NCBI GenBank assembly: GCA_038321985.1
Contig: JBBQFN010000009.1
Coordinates: forward strand, 32,001 to 96,000
Direction of reading: 5' to 3'
Length of the DNA: 64,000 bases
Source of the DNA: Cyanophyceae cyanobacterium
GTDB taxonomy: Bacteria > Cyanobacteriota > Cyanobacteriia > Cyanobacteriales > Laspinemataceae
The first letter of the stretch is position 1, and each line of letters opens with the position of its first letter. Position numbers and translations under genes: made by a program. The notes under the pieces were generated by a model. It ran no database searches and was not told the origin of the DNA. It worked only from the letters and a program-made list of their open reading frames with translations. Shown piece by piece: positions 29,594-41,000 of this stretch.

Positions 29594-32044
29594 ATGAACG
29601 AGCAAACCGTTACCTGGCATCTGCAACAACCCGTACTCCCTCCGGAGTGGTTCCTCGCACAAGTACGACAGTATCTCAACTCCAACTCATCGGGTTTATC
29701 CGGTCAATATGCGGCAGCATTACTCTGGCAACGGGGAATTCAGGACCGCGAGGAACTGGCGCGGTTTTTAAATCCGCAAGACTATCAACCCGCCAGTCCC
29801 TTTGACTTTGGTGAGGAAATGCACGCTTGTGTCGATCGCCTCCAATTGGCCCGGAAACAGGGGGAAAAGGTCGCAATCTGGGGAGACTTTGATGCGGATG
29901 GTATCACCGCCACCAGTGTCTTATGGGATGGACTGGGCCAATTTTTCACCCCCACCCGCGAACTCACCTACTTCATTCCCAACCGCTTAACCCAATCTCA
30001 CGGTCTGAACCGGGCGGGAATTGACGATTTAGCCGCATCAGGAACAAGCTTAATCGTCACCTGTGATACAGGTAGCACCAATCTCGACGAAATCGACTAT
30101 GCTCGCTCTTTGGGCATTGATACTATCGTCACAGATCATCATACATTACCCCCCATTCGCCCTGGAGTGGCGGCGATTATCAACCCCCGTTCTCTACCGG
30201 CAAACCATCCCCTTGCTCATCTTTCGGGGGTCGCCGTTGCTTACAAAGTCGTAGAAGCTCTGTATAGCACAATGCCGGACATTCCGCAAGAACCGTTAGA
30301 AGAATTATTAGATTTAGTTGCCATTGGATTAATTGCCGACTTGGTACAACTGAGTGGGGACTGCCGATATTTAGCCCAAATGGGACTCAAACGCCTAAAT
30401 CAGGAATGGCAGAAATCTCCGACGGAACGGCGCAGACCCGGGGTTGGGGAGTTGTTAGATTTGTGCAAACGCAATGGCGATCGCCCGACGGATATTTCCT
30501 TTGGCATCGGTCCACGGATTAACGCCGTCAGTCGGATTTACGGGGATGCTTCCTTTTGTGTGGAATTGCTCACCACTCGCGATCGCCGTCTCGCCCAAAA
30601 ACTTGCCCAAGAAACCGAACTGGCTAACTCTCGCCGTCAAGCATTACAAAAAGATGTGGATAAACAAGTGAGTCAAAAACTCGCTCGTCTCGACCTTTCT
30701 ACGACCGGCGTCATTGTTTTAGAAGACCCCCAATGGCCGGCGGGAGTCCTCGGTTTAGTGGCAGGTAAAGTCGCACAAGACTACGCCCGTCCCACCATTC
30801 TTTTAAGTACCGAAGACAGCAGCAAAGGAGAAGGGGAAACTCAAAAAATCCAGCTTGTCACTGCCTCGAAAAATGAAACTTCCTTTCCTCTGGCGCGAGG
30901 GTCGGCACGTTCAGTCAAAAGTATAGATTTATATGAATTAGTTAAGGAACAAGAGCATTTATTGCACCGTTTCGGCGGTCATCCATTCGCCGCAGGGTTA
31001 AGTTTACCCGTTCAAAATATCCCCCTATTCACTGAAGCAATTAACCGATTGCTTAAGGAAAAAATGGGAGCTGTTGCCGGCTTAGGAATGCCCGTAATTC
31101 AGGCGGATTTGCGCTGTACTGTGTCGGAGTTAGGCCAAAATTTATTTAGGGAATTAAGAGTATTAGAACCTTGTGGAATGGGAAATTCAGTTCCCTTGTT
31201 ATTAATTGAAAATTGCCAATTTAAAAAAAGTTGGAATGGTAAACCCAAAGATAAAAAAGGCCGCAAAATAGAATATATTAAAACAGAATTTCAGATTTGG
31301 GATGAATCTAGCGAAAACGGTTTTCCCGGATTGTGGTGGGGACATTATAAAGAGGAACTCCCCACTACTTCTGCGGATGTAGTGGTTGAACTGGATTACA
31401 ATAATTATAAAGAACGCTATGAAGTCCGGTTGATTGCGGTACGTCCCCGAGAAGGAAGTTCGGTTGTGATGTCTCCGGAAGGAGGGCTAGAAATTATCGA
31501 TTGTCGCCGCCAACTGAGGCAACAGGTAGAGGAGAGGCACGAAGAAGTAATCAATGTCAATTTTAAGGGGTTTGATCTCGATCGCACTGCCTCGATAGTG
31601 TTAGAAACCTGTCCGAGTAGCTGGGAGGAATTGCACGAGTGGTTAAAGTTGGCACTCCAGGCACAAAAGAAACTAGCGATCGCCTATCCCCCACCCAAAC
31701 CTGTTTCGCCGCTTCAGGTTTGGCAACAGTTGGTAGGGGTTGCTAAATACTTAAGTCGAACGGGGCAACTAGCAACTCGGGGACAATTGCGTTCTAAGCT
31801 ATCCATTAGCGATCGCACCTTAGAGTACGGGTTAACAGCATTAATGGAACTGGGATTTAAGGTCAATGTCAGGGGTGACTCTGTGCAGTTTAGTCCAGGA
31901 CCTTCAGTAGATCCCCTAGGAGTTGGCGATCGCTTTTGTGCAGCAGTTCAGGAAGAACAGTTTCAGCGGCAGTATTTTTATGAAGTACCTCTGTCTACAG
32001 TCCAGGCGATCGCCCGGAGTCAGGGAGATGGGGGAGAAATTTGA
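29594..32044 (+). CDS. recJ: ssDNA-specific exonuclease RecJ
   Basis: GDFDADG, TCDTG, TDHH, RGSARS, FGGHPFAAG. Confidence 0.95.
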   Translation: MNEQTVTWHLQQPVLPPEWFLAQVRQYLNSNSSGLSGQYAAALLWQRGIQDREELARFLNPQDYQPASPFDFGEEMHACVDRLQLARKQGEKVAIWGDFDADGITATSVLWDGLGQFFTPTRELTYFIPNRLTQSHGLNRAGIDDLAASGTSLIVTCDTGSTNLDEIDYARSLGIDTIVTDHHTLPPIRPGVAAIINPRSLPANHPLAHLSGVAVAYKVVEALYSTMPDIPQEPLEELLDLVAIGLIADLVQLSGDCRYLAQMGLKRLNQEWQKSPTERRRPGVGELLDLCKRNGDRPTDISFGIGPRINAVSRIYGDASFCVELLTTRDRRLAQKLAQETELANSRRQALQKDVDKQVSQKLARLDLSTTGVIVLEDPQWPAGVLGLVAGKVAQDYARPTILLSTEDSSKGEGETQKIQLVTASKNETSFPLARGSARSVKSIDLYELVKEQEHLLHRFGGHPFAAGLSLPVQNIPLFTEAINRLLKEKMGAVAGLGMPVIQADLRCTVSELGQNLFRELRVLEPCGMGNSVPLLLIENCQFKKSWNGKPKDKKGRKIEYIKTEFQIWDESSENGFPGLWWGHYKEELPTTSADVVVELDYNNYKERYEVRLIAVRPREGSSVVMSPEGGLEIIDCRRQLRQQVEERHEEVINVNFKGFDLDRTASIVLETCPSSWEELHEWLKLALQAQKKLAIAYPPPKPVSPLQVWQQLVGVAKYLSRTGQLATRGQLRSKLSISDRTLEYGLTALMELGFKVNVRGDSVQFSPGPSVDPLGVGDRFCAAVQEEQFQRQYFYEVPLSTVQAIARSQGDGGEI

Positions 32045-32093
32045 CATACATCCCTGGCGATAAACAGCGGTTGTGGCTGTGCTATACTCGCAA

Positions 32094-32795
32094 TTAATCG
32101 ATTTGACCTTGATGTTCACATCTATAATCGTTCCCTTCCCATTGCGCCATATCTAATTCACTCAGGCGTTGCACCCGATCGCATTCGGGGGAATAAATGG
32201 GAGAGATGAGTACCCAAATTACACTTCGGATGACATCTAGTGCGGTTTTTAGCCAGAATTCTTGATTGCCGGGGATACCTTCTTCCTCTACCGTGTCGAT
32301 TTCTACAGCAATTCCTTTCGCCCCTAGGAGAATCTGTGCTAGCCACTTGGCGCGAGGGAGATGACTATCGGAGGTGATGACTTTGACTTTCTTTACCTGC
32401 GACTGTTTTAAAAGTTCAGCATTAAAAGTGAAGTTGCTAAAGGTAGAGGAAGCGCAACGTTCTAACCAAACGTTGCGCTTGCTGGCGCGATCGCGCTCAA
32501 AAATTAACCACACGCAAGGAGGGTCAGCCCCTTGGGAAATGAAAATGGGAATCTCTGGATTTTGTTTGGCAAATTGGGTAACATACATTTCTCGCTTGAT
32601 ACTGCCACCTAGGACTAAAATAGCATCCACGGACCCAGCGGCAGCAGATTCTAAGCGGGTCATCTGGACAACCGCTAATCCGCCTAGGATTAAAGAAAAA
32701 ATTAAAGTAACTCCCGTGATAATTTTCTTTTTTCTCCCGGCGCTGCTATTCCCTAATTGGTGCGAATTTTGTTGGGGACGACTTCTTTGCTTCAT
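32094..32795 (-). CDS. YdcF (DUF218) family protein
   Basis: N-terminal TM, DAILVLGG, ITSDSHLPRA. Confidence 0.85.
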   Translation of the reverse strand: MKQRSRPQQNSHQLGNSSAGRKKKIITGVTLIFSLILGGLAVVQMTRLESAAAGSVDAILVLGGSIKREMYVTQFAKQNPEIPIFISQGADPPCVWLIFERDRASKRNVWLERCASSTFSNFTFNAELLKQSQVKKVKVITSDSHLPRAKWLAQILLGAKGIAVEIDTVEEEGIPGNQEFWLKTALDVIRSVIWVLISPIYSPECDRVQRLSELDMAQWEGNDYRCEHQGQID

Positions 32796-33643
32796 TGCGA
32801 TCGCCCAGAGGTATCGGGTCGCACAAAAATCACTTGCCCTTGTTCGGTGATTTGCTTTTCTGCACCGAGATTGAGCATTTCTTGTTCGGCTCGTTGTTTG
32901 ACAGATTCACTGATACCATTTTGATACACCTCATTCCAGGACCATAAGCGAACTGCGGTACTGTCAGGTTGGGTTCTCAAAAAGTCAGCGGCACCTTGAT
33001 AGAGTTCGGCGTAGTCTTCATAAGGGGTGCCGATAGTCCATTGGGCCGCCATTTCATGGGAGTGAATGCTGCCGGGAAGGTCCCCGAGTAATAGCAGTTG
33101 ATCCAGTCCTTTAAATCGCCACACTAAAAAGGCTTGAGGATTGATTTCCGGGGACAAGGCAGCCAGACCCCGTTCCATTAATTGGAGGCCCATTTCCGGT
33201 TCCCCTTGGGCGAAGGAAACGGCGGTGGAAATAAAGGGATACATTTCGGCAAAGCGCGGATCCAGGCTGGTAATGACGTCGAAGTAGTCGTTATTCAAAG
33301 AATAGCCGATTTGATTTCGGACCTCTTCATCGCCAAAATATTGCACCCATTTCAAGAAGGCATAGTTAGCCATCAGGTTATCGAAACCTAGGGTCGGCGA
33401 TCGCTTCAGCATTTGTACTTCGATGGCTTCCTGTTGTTCAGCTTGTCTGGGGTCGAGTTCTTCTAGGCTGGGTTTTCCCAAGCGCGTCTGCTGCATCACA
33501 ACGGCACCAACAAGGGCAACAATGGCGATCGCCACAGTCCCCCACTCTCCCCACCCTCGCGAGGTAACGGTTTGTACTTTAGAATCCACTACACCCTTCT
33601 CCTGTCTTATTCTTTCGGGTTCAAAGCAACCCCTGCCGTTCAT
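32792..33643 (-). CDS. Conserved membrane-anchored hypothetical protein
   Basis: TM helix then LGFDNL...QYFGD...DPRF; ATGA overlap with the YdcF gene; start uncertain. Confidence 0.75.
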   Translation of the reverse strand: MNGRGCFEPERIRQEKGVVDSKVQTVTSRGWGEWGTVAIAIVALVGAVVMQQTRLGKPSLEELDPRQAEQQEAIEVQMLKRSPTLGFDNLMANYAFLKWVQYFGDEEVRNQIGYSLNNDYFDVITSLDPRFAEMYPFISTAVSFAQGEPEMGLQLMERGLAALSPEINPQAFLVWRFKGLDQLLLLGDLPGSIHSHEMAAQWTIGTPYEDYAELYQGAADFLRTQPDSTAVRLWSWNEVYQNGISESVKQRAEQEMLNLGAEKQITEQGQVIFVRPDTSGRSQ

Positions 33644-34267
33644 CCAAGCCCCTAGAATTTACTCAATCTCGTTCTGATTGCGTAAGTCCTGAGACAGTCC
33701 TCCAACTCTCTAGGGGAGTTCCCTCTCTCTGGGGGAGTACCTGCCGAGGCAATTTCAAGTAGGCTCCACCCGTTACAGGTTTACAACATTTATAGATTAG
33801 CTTAAAAATATTGCATCGGAACATACTGCGCTTGAGAAATATTTTAGCTACACTAGAGAGAATCTCAATTAAATGATCCTTGTGTCAACATCCATTCAGC
33901 GATTCCAGGGACCCTCACTTGCCCAGTCATCCGGAAACCCTTTCCGTTTTCGTGAATTCACTGCTAGTCAGGCGATTAAAGACACTCACCCCATTGTCAC
34001 CAAACTTTATAAGTAGAGGAGTTAAAGGGCCACAAACGTCTCCACCACAAACGGGAGCAGGTTTTGGAAGCCGATGAAAAAAACTCTCTCCCTGGGAAGA
34101 GTCCCCCCTTATGGGGAAGATGACGATGACTAAGAAAGGAGCGAATATAAATTCATAAATTTGAAGAATTGAAGGTCTAAAGAATCAATTTTAAGACCAT
34201 TGATTCTCCCGATAAAATTCTCCAACAAATCGTCCCTATTCGTTAAATCCCTAATCCCCAAACTTAC

Positions 34268-35563
34268 ATGAATCAATACTCAAAACGCAACTCCTTGCTG
34301 CAAATTGCCCTATTTGGTGGGGCATTTGCCACCACTGCCGCCCTGACTTTATTAACACCACTGGGTTCTCGCGCAGTGCGGGCGCAACTTCAAAATAGTC
34401 CGAAAGCGATTGTGGATGAAGTGTGGCAAATCGTGAATCGGGATTATGTGGATGGCTCATTTAATCAAATTAATTGGGAAGCCACGCGCACGGAGTTGTT
34501 AAGTCAGGAATATTCCTCTCCGGAGCAAGCTTACGCCGCAGTAAGGGTGGCTTTAGGTAAATTAAATGACCCCTATACGCGATTTTTAGACCCGGAACAG
34601 TTTGAGGAGTTGACCACTCAAACTTCTGGAGAAATGTCTGGGGTAGGGATGCGCCTGGAACTCAATGCGGATACCCAAAAGATTACCGTGGTTGAACCGA
34701 TGGCGAATTCCCCGGCGAAGAAAGCGGGGCTCCAATCGGGGGACCAAATTGTGCAGATTGACGATCGCCCCACGGAAGGGATGAAAGTCGAAGAAGCAGC
34801 CCAATTGATTCGGGGAAATGTAGGAACTGAAGTGAGCTTGCGAGTATATCGAGCAACTCAAGGTGAATTTGAAGTCACCTTAAAACGTGCGGTGATCGAA
34901 CTGCAAGCGGTTCAATATGATATTCGTCAAGAAGGCGGAACCAATGTCGGATACATTCAGTTATCCGAGTTTAGTTCCCATGCTTCCGAGCAAATGCGTC
35001 AGGCAATTGGGGAACTGAGCGATCGCGGAGTGGATGCCTTTGTCCTGGATTTACGAGGCAATCCTGGAGGTTTACTCTACGCAAGTATTGATATTGCTCG
35101 GATGTGGTTAGATAGCGGGGAAATTGTCCGCACTGTGGATCGCAATGGAGGCAGTCAAGATTTCCGCGCCAATCGTTCGGCGATCGCCCAGCAACCCTTA
35201 GCGGTTTTAGTCGATAAAAACTCTGCCAGTGCCAGTGAAATCTTATCCGGTGCACTCAAAGATAACCGCCGCGCCACCATTATTGGCACCCCCACCTTTG
35301 GCAAGGCGTTGGTGCAGTCGGTGCACTCCCTCTCCGATGGATCCGGGTTAACGGTGACGATCGCCCATTATTACACCCCCAACGGCACCGATATCTCCCA
35401 CCTGGGCATCACCCCGGATATCGCCATTGATTTGAGTAATGAGGACAAACGCCGTTTAGCGGCTAATCCCCAACTGCGAGGCACTTCCGAGGACCCCTGC
35501 TATGCTCGCGCGGTTGCTTCGTTGCTGGCACAAGTCCAACAAAAACCGTTAGCAATTCAGTAA
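34268..35563 (+). CDS. ctpB: Carboxyl-terminal processing protease (S41A), CtpB-like
   Basis: Signal peptide, DPYTRF, PDZ domain, LDLRGNPGG, SASASE, TFGK. Confidence 0.85.
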   Translation: MNQYSKRNSLLQIALFGGAFATTAALTLLTPLGSRAVRAQLQNSPKAIVDEVWQIVNRDYVDGSFNQINWEATRTELLSQEYSSPEQAYAAVRVALGKLNDPYTRFLDPEQFEELTTQTSGEMSGVGMRLELNADTQKITVVEPMANSPAKKAGLQSGDQIVQIDDRPTEGMKVEEAAQLIRGNVGTEVSLRVYRATQGEFEVTLKRAVIELQAVQYDIRQEGGTNVGYIQLSEFSSHASEQMRQAIGELSDRGVDAFVLDLRGNPGGLLYASIDIARMWLDSGEIVRTVDRNGGSQDFRANRSAIAQQPLAVLVDKNSASASEILSGALKDNRRATIIGTPTFGKALVQSVHSLSDGSGLTVTIAHYYTPNGTDISHLGITPDIAIDLSNEDKRRLAANPQLRGTSEDPCYARAVASLLAQVQQKPLAIQ

Positions 35564-35613
35564 CCTCGATCATCGAGCTCATAATTGGCTGACGAAATTC
35601 ATTCTTTAATCAG

Positions 35614-35651
35614 AAGAGGGACGCAAATTACTAATAATTTGCGTCCCTCTT
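35614..35651. terminator. Bidirectional terminator
   Basis: 17-bp perfect stem aagagggacgcaaatta/taatttgcgtccctctt between convergent genes. Confidence 0.8.
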
Positions 35652-35663
35652 TCTTGAGAGCCA

Positions 35664-38366
35664 TCAATCCAAAAACATGATATGATCTGCGGTTAAATTG
35701 CCGATTCCTAAATTGACACGAGCGATCGCGCCTGATGTAAAATCTCCATCATCATCGATATACAGTTTTCCCGTATTTGTTGCATAGGCAATCTGAGCAC
35801 TACTGCCGGTGACTGCTAAAATATTAGCCTCGGTATCGATGATCAGATTCTCGGTCCCATCGAGCAAGGACGCCTTAGCGATCGAGACGGCGGTTCCTCC
35901 TGCTACACCGGAAAGGTTCTGAGTCAACGCGATCGCATCTCCCGGTGCCCCAAAGGAAAAGTCTGTAATGCGATCGCTGGAAGTTCCCGGGGAATTCGCC
36001 GTCGCATACACAAAGATATCTTGACCCTTTCCACCTGTGAGGGTATCCATCTCATCCCCCGGGAACAACAGATCATTCGCATCCGTTCCTTCCAATCTGT
36101 CAGCAGTGATAGAACCCGTAATGATATTAATTTGGGTTTGATTATCCATGCTTGCTATTGCGGGATTCTCTCCTGCCATCAACCGGATTTCCTCGGGAGT
36201 ATTACTAAAGCTGTTGTTATCAAGGAACGCATTTGTCACCTCTGATTCAACCACTATCCCAATCGCTGCATCCTCGATCGCATTATTCGTAAGCGTGACA
36301 TTCTCGGAATTAGAAAGCAGCGTAATCCCACTCCCCTCGCGATTCGAGGTGACTGCTAAATTGGATAAATTAGTATTCTCCCCCAATTTCACCTGATTTT
36401 CTTCAATCTCAGACTCCGACAGAGCACCCCAAATTCCAAAATCTACCCCATCGAGGGTGTTATTGCGAACGATCGCACTTATGGGAGAATCAAACAGTCC
36501 CAAGACAATGCCGCCACTGCCTTGGATCAAATTATTCTCCACCGTTGCACTAGCAGCAGCCTCCAAATTGATTCCATCAATGGCATCTAAAACGCGAACA
36601 TTCTCAATGACGATATCCTCGATCGCCGTGCCATTATTCCCTTCCACTGCGAGAATATCCCCATTCGTCTCAATGCCGTCAAGGGTAACCCCACTGGCGA
36701 GAATCCGAATGCTAGTTCCACCTGCTTCAGTGGAAATAACCGTCTCATTGGTGCCCCGACTACTTTCGTTCCCCGACACTCCGCTATGAAACCCTTTGAG
36801 GGTCAACGCTTTATCAATTTCCAGGACTTCCGAATAGGTTCCGGCACTGATCACGATTGTATCTCGCTCATTTGCTTGGGCGATCGCCGTTTGAATTGAT
36901 GTATAAATTCGGTAGATTTCCAGAGTCTCTGTATTCGTCTGTGAGTCGCTCACTTGAATTTCAAGCTCGAAATAATCGCGGCTGGTCAAGTTTCCGGTGT
37001 CGGTTAGTAAAATCTCACCTGTTTCTGGATCAAGTTCAAATAGCTCAGATACCGACTCCCCCTCACTATCAATAACATCCAGCAGTTCATACTCGGCATC
37101 GGGGGAATTTTCTTCTGTGGAAATCACCGCGATCGCTCCTAATGGCGTCGTTTCATTCGCCACGAAAACTTGACTGGGCGCGGGCGGCAAGGGATTGCCC
37201 GGAGGACCCGCCATCACCGGGGGACTATCCGGAGGTGGCTCAATAAACGCGCTGCGAGTCACTTCCAATTCAATATTTCTCACATTCCACAAGACCCCTA
37301 AATACTCCCCAGTCCGCTTGTCTTGAATGATTGTATTCCCGGCATTTTCCCCGCTTCCCTCTAAAAAGTTTAACTGCTCAAACCGCAGTCCATTAATGAG
37401 TTCAATCTCATCTTCGCCCAAGACGAAATCAGTAATAATATTTGCTTCTGTTTCAATGAAACTCCCGGTTCCCCGTTCCAGGATAAAGCGATCGCGCCCG
37501 TCTCCTCCACTTAATGTATCCCTCCCAAAACCAACGAGTAAAATATCATTTCCCCCTCCCCCGGAGAAGAAATTATTTCCCTCTTCTCCATACAAGGTAT
37601 CATCTCCCTCTCCTCCATATAGACTATCATCCCCTGCATTTCCATTTAACCAATTGTTTCCCTCATCTGCGACTAGGCGATCGTTATCCTCTCCACCGTA
37701 AAGGGTATCGTTCCCTCCCCTTCCAAACAGCAGATCATTGCCTTTGTCGCCAAAAATAAGGTCGTTGCCGTCGCCCCCAAAAACCGTATCATCATCTTGT
37801 CCACCATAGAGGGTATCATCTCCCCCGTTGCCCACTAAGAGGTCATTACCCTGATTTCCGAATAACAGATTATTCCCTGCCTCGGCATAAAGGGTGTCGT
37901 TCCCTTCGTTGCCAAAGAGGGCGTCATTTCCTTTATCGCCAAAGAGCAAATCATCCCCTTCATTGCCAAAGAGGAGATCATTATCTTGTCCACCATAAAG
38001 GGTATCGTCCCCCGATGTCCCTATTAACCAGTCGTTGCCCTGATTTCCGAATAGGATATTGTTTCCGGCGACGCCATAGAGAGTATCGTTCCCTTCATTG
38101 CCATAAAGGACGTCATTTCCTCCGTTGCCCAATACAAGGTCATTGCCGGTGTTACCAAAGAGGCTATCATTATCCGGTCCTCCAAACAGGCTATCATTGC
38201 CCTGAACCCCGATAATGTAGTTTTTTGAGCCTGGGTTGCCTTGAATAACATCATCACCGGGAGTTCCCACGATCGTATCATCGCCCTCTTGCCCGAGTAG
38301 AGTGTCGGCCTGAGTGGATAAACCGTTTATTGTAGTGTTAGTATCAGTGCCAGAAATGTCTGCCAT
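35664..38366 (-). CDS. RTX Ca2+-binding repeat protein with a probable cadherin-like domain and right-handed beta-helix
   Basis: Many GxxGxDxLx nonapeptides, ITDF motifs, SIQTAIAQA...GTYSE beta-helix cap; GGAGG RBS. Confidence 0.88.
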   Translation of the reverse strand: MADISGTDTNTTINGLSTQADTLLGQEGDDTIVGTPGDDVIQGNPGSKNYIIGVQGNDSLFGGPDNDSLFGNTGNDLVLGNGGNDVLYGNEGNDTLYGVAGNNILFGNQGNDWLIGTSGDDTLYGGQDNDLLFGNEGDDLLFGDKGNDALFGNEGNDTLYAEAGNNLLFGNQGNDLLVGNGGDDTLYGGQDDDTVFGGDGNDLIFGDKGNDLLFGRGGNDTLYGGEDNDRLVADEGNNWLNGNAGDDSLYGGEGDDTLYGEEGNNFFSGGGGNDILLVGFGRDTLSGGDGRDRFILERGTGSFIETEANIITDFVLGEDEIELINGLRFEQLNFLEGSGENAGNTIIQDKRTGEYLGVLWNVRNIELEVTRSAFIEPPPDSPPVMAGPPGNPLPPAPSQVFVANETTPLGAIAVISTEENSPDAEYELLDVIDSEGESVSELFELDPETGEILLTDTGNLTSRDYFELEIQVSDSQTNTETLEIYRIYTSIQTAIAQANERDTIVISAGTYSEVLEIDKALTLKGFHSGVSGNESSRGTNETVISTEAGGTSIRILASGVTLDGIETNGDILAVEGNNGTAIEDIVIENVRVLDAIDGINLEAAASATVENNLIQGSGGIVLGLFDSPISAIVRNNTLDGVDFGIWGALSESEIEENQVKLGENTNLSNLAVTSNREGSGITLLSNSENVTLTNNAIEDAAIGIVVESEVTNAFLDNNSFSNTPEEIRLMAGENPAIASMDNQTQINIITGSITADRLEGTDANDLLFPGDEMDTLTGGKGQDIFVYATANSPGTSSDRITDFSFGAPGDAIALTQNLSGVAGGTAVSIAKASLLDGTENLIIDTEANILAVTGSSAQIAYATNTGKLYIDDDGDFTSGAIARVNLGIGNLTADHIMFLD

Positions 38367-38983
38367 TTTTTCCCTCCTGTAGTAACGGATGATTAACGGG
38401 GCGCTTGTCCCAGCCTGGATCCTTTTTAATAAGTAATTATACGGTATCTATCAGTAAAAATACGGCGAACAAGCCCACCATTTTTGTATAACGTCTTGGG
38501 GAAACTACCTAAAATCCTAAAATTTGACCGAGAAACCCTCCCGACGACTGAGATGGGGCCACCAAGCAACCCATTTAAGGGTGCGGCAAGCCGGATCACA
38601 CCCCCATGAGAAGGGCTAACTTAAAAATAGGGGTTTCAAAACCCGATTCTGGATCAATCCCATTAGGGTTATGATGGCCTAGGTTGATTCCGGTTTAACT
38701 CTACCGGCTGGGGTGTTTAAGGGCTAAAATTTTAAGCTAAAAAAATGCCCTGAGAGCATTGACATTTTTTTATTTTTATGATAAGAAATACTTTAATTAA
38801 GGCTTGATTCAATTGCGAACCGCGTCTTTTTTAGGTTGCTCCTGGCTTTGTTTTTTCCTGAAAAGAGGGTTGCGAGTTGCGGGGTGAGTAGAGAAGGAAA
38901 CGGGCAGGGAAAGGGAAATAGGGGTGGTTTTTGTGGCGGGTTAGGAGGGTTAAATCTGGACCAATAACCGGATGGCGACAGCT

Positions 38984-39496
38984 TTAGTTTTTCCCCGATT
39001 TCATCTGTTGAGTGAGGTGAATTAGTTCGGGTAAAATCAGGTGTTGTAGGGCGAGTTTTACCGCCGCTGTTGAACCGGGTATTGAGAAAATCAATTTAGA
39101 CTGATAAAGGCCAGCGATCGCCCGAGAGCCGATCGCTCGCGACCCGATTTCTTGATAGCTTAAGGCGCGAAAAATTTCGCCAAAACCGGGTAAAGTTTTC
39201 TCTAATAAAAGGGCGATCGCATCATAAGTTGTATCCCTTGGCGCAATCCCGGTTCCCCCATTAAAAATTACCGCTTCCAACTCTGAAAGCTGACCTAGCG
39301 ATTTTAAATGCGCCTGAATCTGCGCCGGTTCATCTTGAAGAAGAGTATAATCAATCACTGCATGACCGTCAGTGAGGAGTAACTCTTGAATCAATTGGCC
39401 GCTGCGGTCAGTTTCTGGGGAGCGCGTATCGCTAATGGTAACGACAGCGCACTTGACGGTAAGGGTTTGGGGGTCGGGATGAGGGATTTTTGTCAT
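38984..39496 (-). CDS. moaB: Molybdenum cofactor biosynthesis protein MoaB/Mog
   Basis: TISD, GGTGIAPRDTT, PGFGE, SRA, PGS. Confidence 0.9.
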   Translation of the reverse strand: MTKIPHPDPQTLTVKCAVVTISDTRSPETDRSGQLIQELLLTDGHAVIDYTLLQDEPAQIQAHLKSLGQLSELEAVIFNGGTGIAPRDTTYDAIALLLEKTLPGFGEIFRALSYQEIGSRAIGSRAIAGLYQSKLIFSIPGSTAAVKLALQHLILPELIHLTQQMKSGKN

Positions 39497-39542
39497 AAAA
39501 ACTAAATGCGATCGCCGCTGAGTCTAAACAATTATCCAAGGG

Positions 39543-39878
39543 TTACGCTTTGCTAAACCCTAAACCATTCTCCTCGGCGTAGCGTTCCATAAATCGCATA
39601 AAACGGTCCCAATCCGCCTGGGATTTCATGACATGGGTTGCCTCGATGCCGTCTGCTTGTCCATTGACGAATTTACCTTTGACATCCCGGCAGGTAATTT
39701 CCCCTTCTTCATCGATCAAGTACATCCCGGTAATTTCTTCGGTGCTGTCCTTGTCAAGAATCGTAGGATTTTGGAAGTAAAACTTTGCGGTACCCTGATT
39801 GCCATCTTTAGAACGAGTCAAGCGCACATCTGGGACCACATCTTCCTTGATGCCTCGGGAAAACTGAATTTCAGTCAT
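39543..39878 (-). CDS. psb28: Photosystem II assembly factor Psb28
   Basis: IQFSRGI...PDVRLTRS...[17 protein letters not shown]. Confidence 0.97.
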   Translation of the reverse strand: MTEIQFSRGIKEDVVPDVRLTRSKDGNQGTAKFYFQNPTILDKDSTEEITGMYLIDEEGEITCRDVKGKFVNGQADGIEATHVMKSQADWDRFMRFMERYAEENGLGFSKA

Positions 39879-39932
39879 GTTCTTGTAAAGTTTTATAAAC
39901 GACTCTGGGAATTATTCTCTCATCTTTGGACC

Positions 39933-41000
39933 TTATTTAAGCTCGGGATGTGCTGATTCTACGGAACCCGAATCGCCGAGGGTGTTAATTCGGCGAATCA
40001 GTTCATACATCCTTCCGGCATCCCGACGGTTAAAGAAGAAAATCAGGCGAGGAAGTTCAAAGGTATCATCCCCTGTTTCTTCCGGTAAGCCCTGACTTTT
40101 TTCGATGATGCCTTGGATTAGGATATCGCTAAACTCTTCATTGAGTAAGCCTACTGCATCGTCTGAGAGTGGGGTTTTTAGGCGAATCACGAAGCGATCG
40201 CCCACATAGCGGCTGGAGTGATACACGCGATAGAAACTGCGAATCGCTTCACAGGCGACTTCGACATTATCGGTAATCGTGTAGATACTACAATCATGGG
40301 GACTGATTAATCCCCGGTGAAGCAGGTGCTTACGAATGTAGGCATCCCAATCTTTCCAATAGTCGCCTCCGGGACGGTCGATCAAGACCACAGGACAGGG
40401 ACCAAAACGGCCCGTTTGTCCCAGGGTCAAACATTCAAATGCCTCATCTTGAGTGCCGAATCCCCCGGGGAACAGGGCGATCGCATCACTTTCCCTCAGG
40501 AAAAATAACTTACGGGTAAAGAAGTATTTGAACTCGACTAAATTTACCGGCTCAATATGGGGATTGGCTTCTTGCTCAAACGGTAGTTGGATGTTTAACC
40601 CAAAGGAGTTAGCTTTCGTGGCTCCTTTATTGCCCGCTTCCATGATGCCACCCCCGGCACCCGTCATCACCATGAATCCTTGCTCGACTACAGCACGGCC
40701 GAAGGCTTCGGCAATCTGGTATTCGGGGGTATCAGGTTGGATTCGAGCCGAACCAAAAACCGTAATTTTGCGAATATGCCGATGGGGATGAAAGGCTTGA
40801 AAGGCGGCTTCCATATCGAGTAAAGCCGCACTCAGAATTTTCCAGTCCAGACGTTCAATATCCTCACCCGTCAGCCGAACGATGGTCGAGAGCGATCGCT
40901 CGATCCATTTTCTAAACTTGAGGTTCGGCAACTCATCAATGAGTTCATTAACCAGGGCCTGGAGGTGATCAAGAGAGTCAGAAGAGTAAAGGGAAGCCAT
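39933..41000 (-). CDS. LOG family protein (nucleotide phosphoribohydrolase-like)
   Basis: VFGSAR, TGAGGGIM, FKYFFTRK, PGGFGTQDE. Confidence 0.9.
   Translation of the reverse strand: MASLYSSDSLDHLQALVNELIDELPNLKFRKWIERSLSTIVRLTGEDIERLDWKILSAALLDMEAAFQAFHPHRHIRKITVFGSARIQPDTPEYQIAEAFGRAVVEQGFMVMTGAGGGIMEAGNKGATKANSFGLNIQLPFEQEANPHIEPVNLVEFKYFFTRKLFFLRESDAIALFPGGFGTQDEAFECLTLGQTGRFGPCPVVLIDRPGGDYWKDWDAYIRKHLLHRGLISPHDCSIYTITDNVEVACEAIRSFYRVYHSSRYVGDRFVIRLKTPLSDDAVGLLNEEFSDILIQGIIEKSQGLPEETGDDTFELPRLIFFFNRRDAGRMYELIRRINTLGDSGSVESAHPELK

Noticed and set aside
37500..38310. 27-bp periodic repeats
   Set aside because: Coding RTX nonapeptides.
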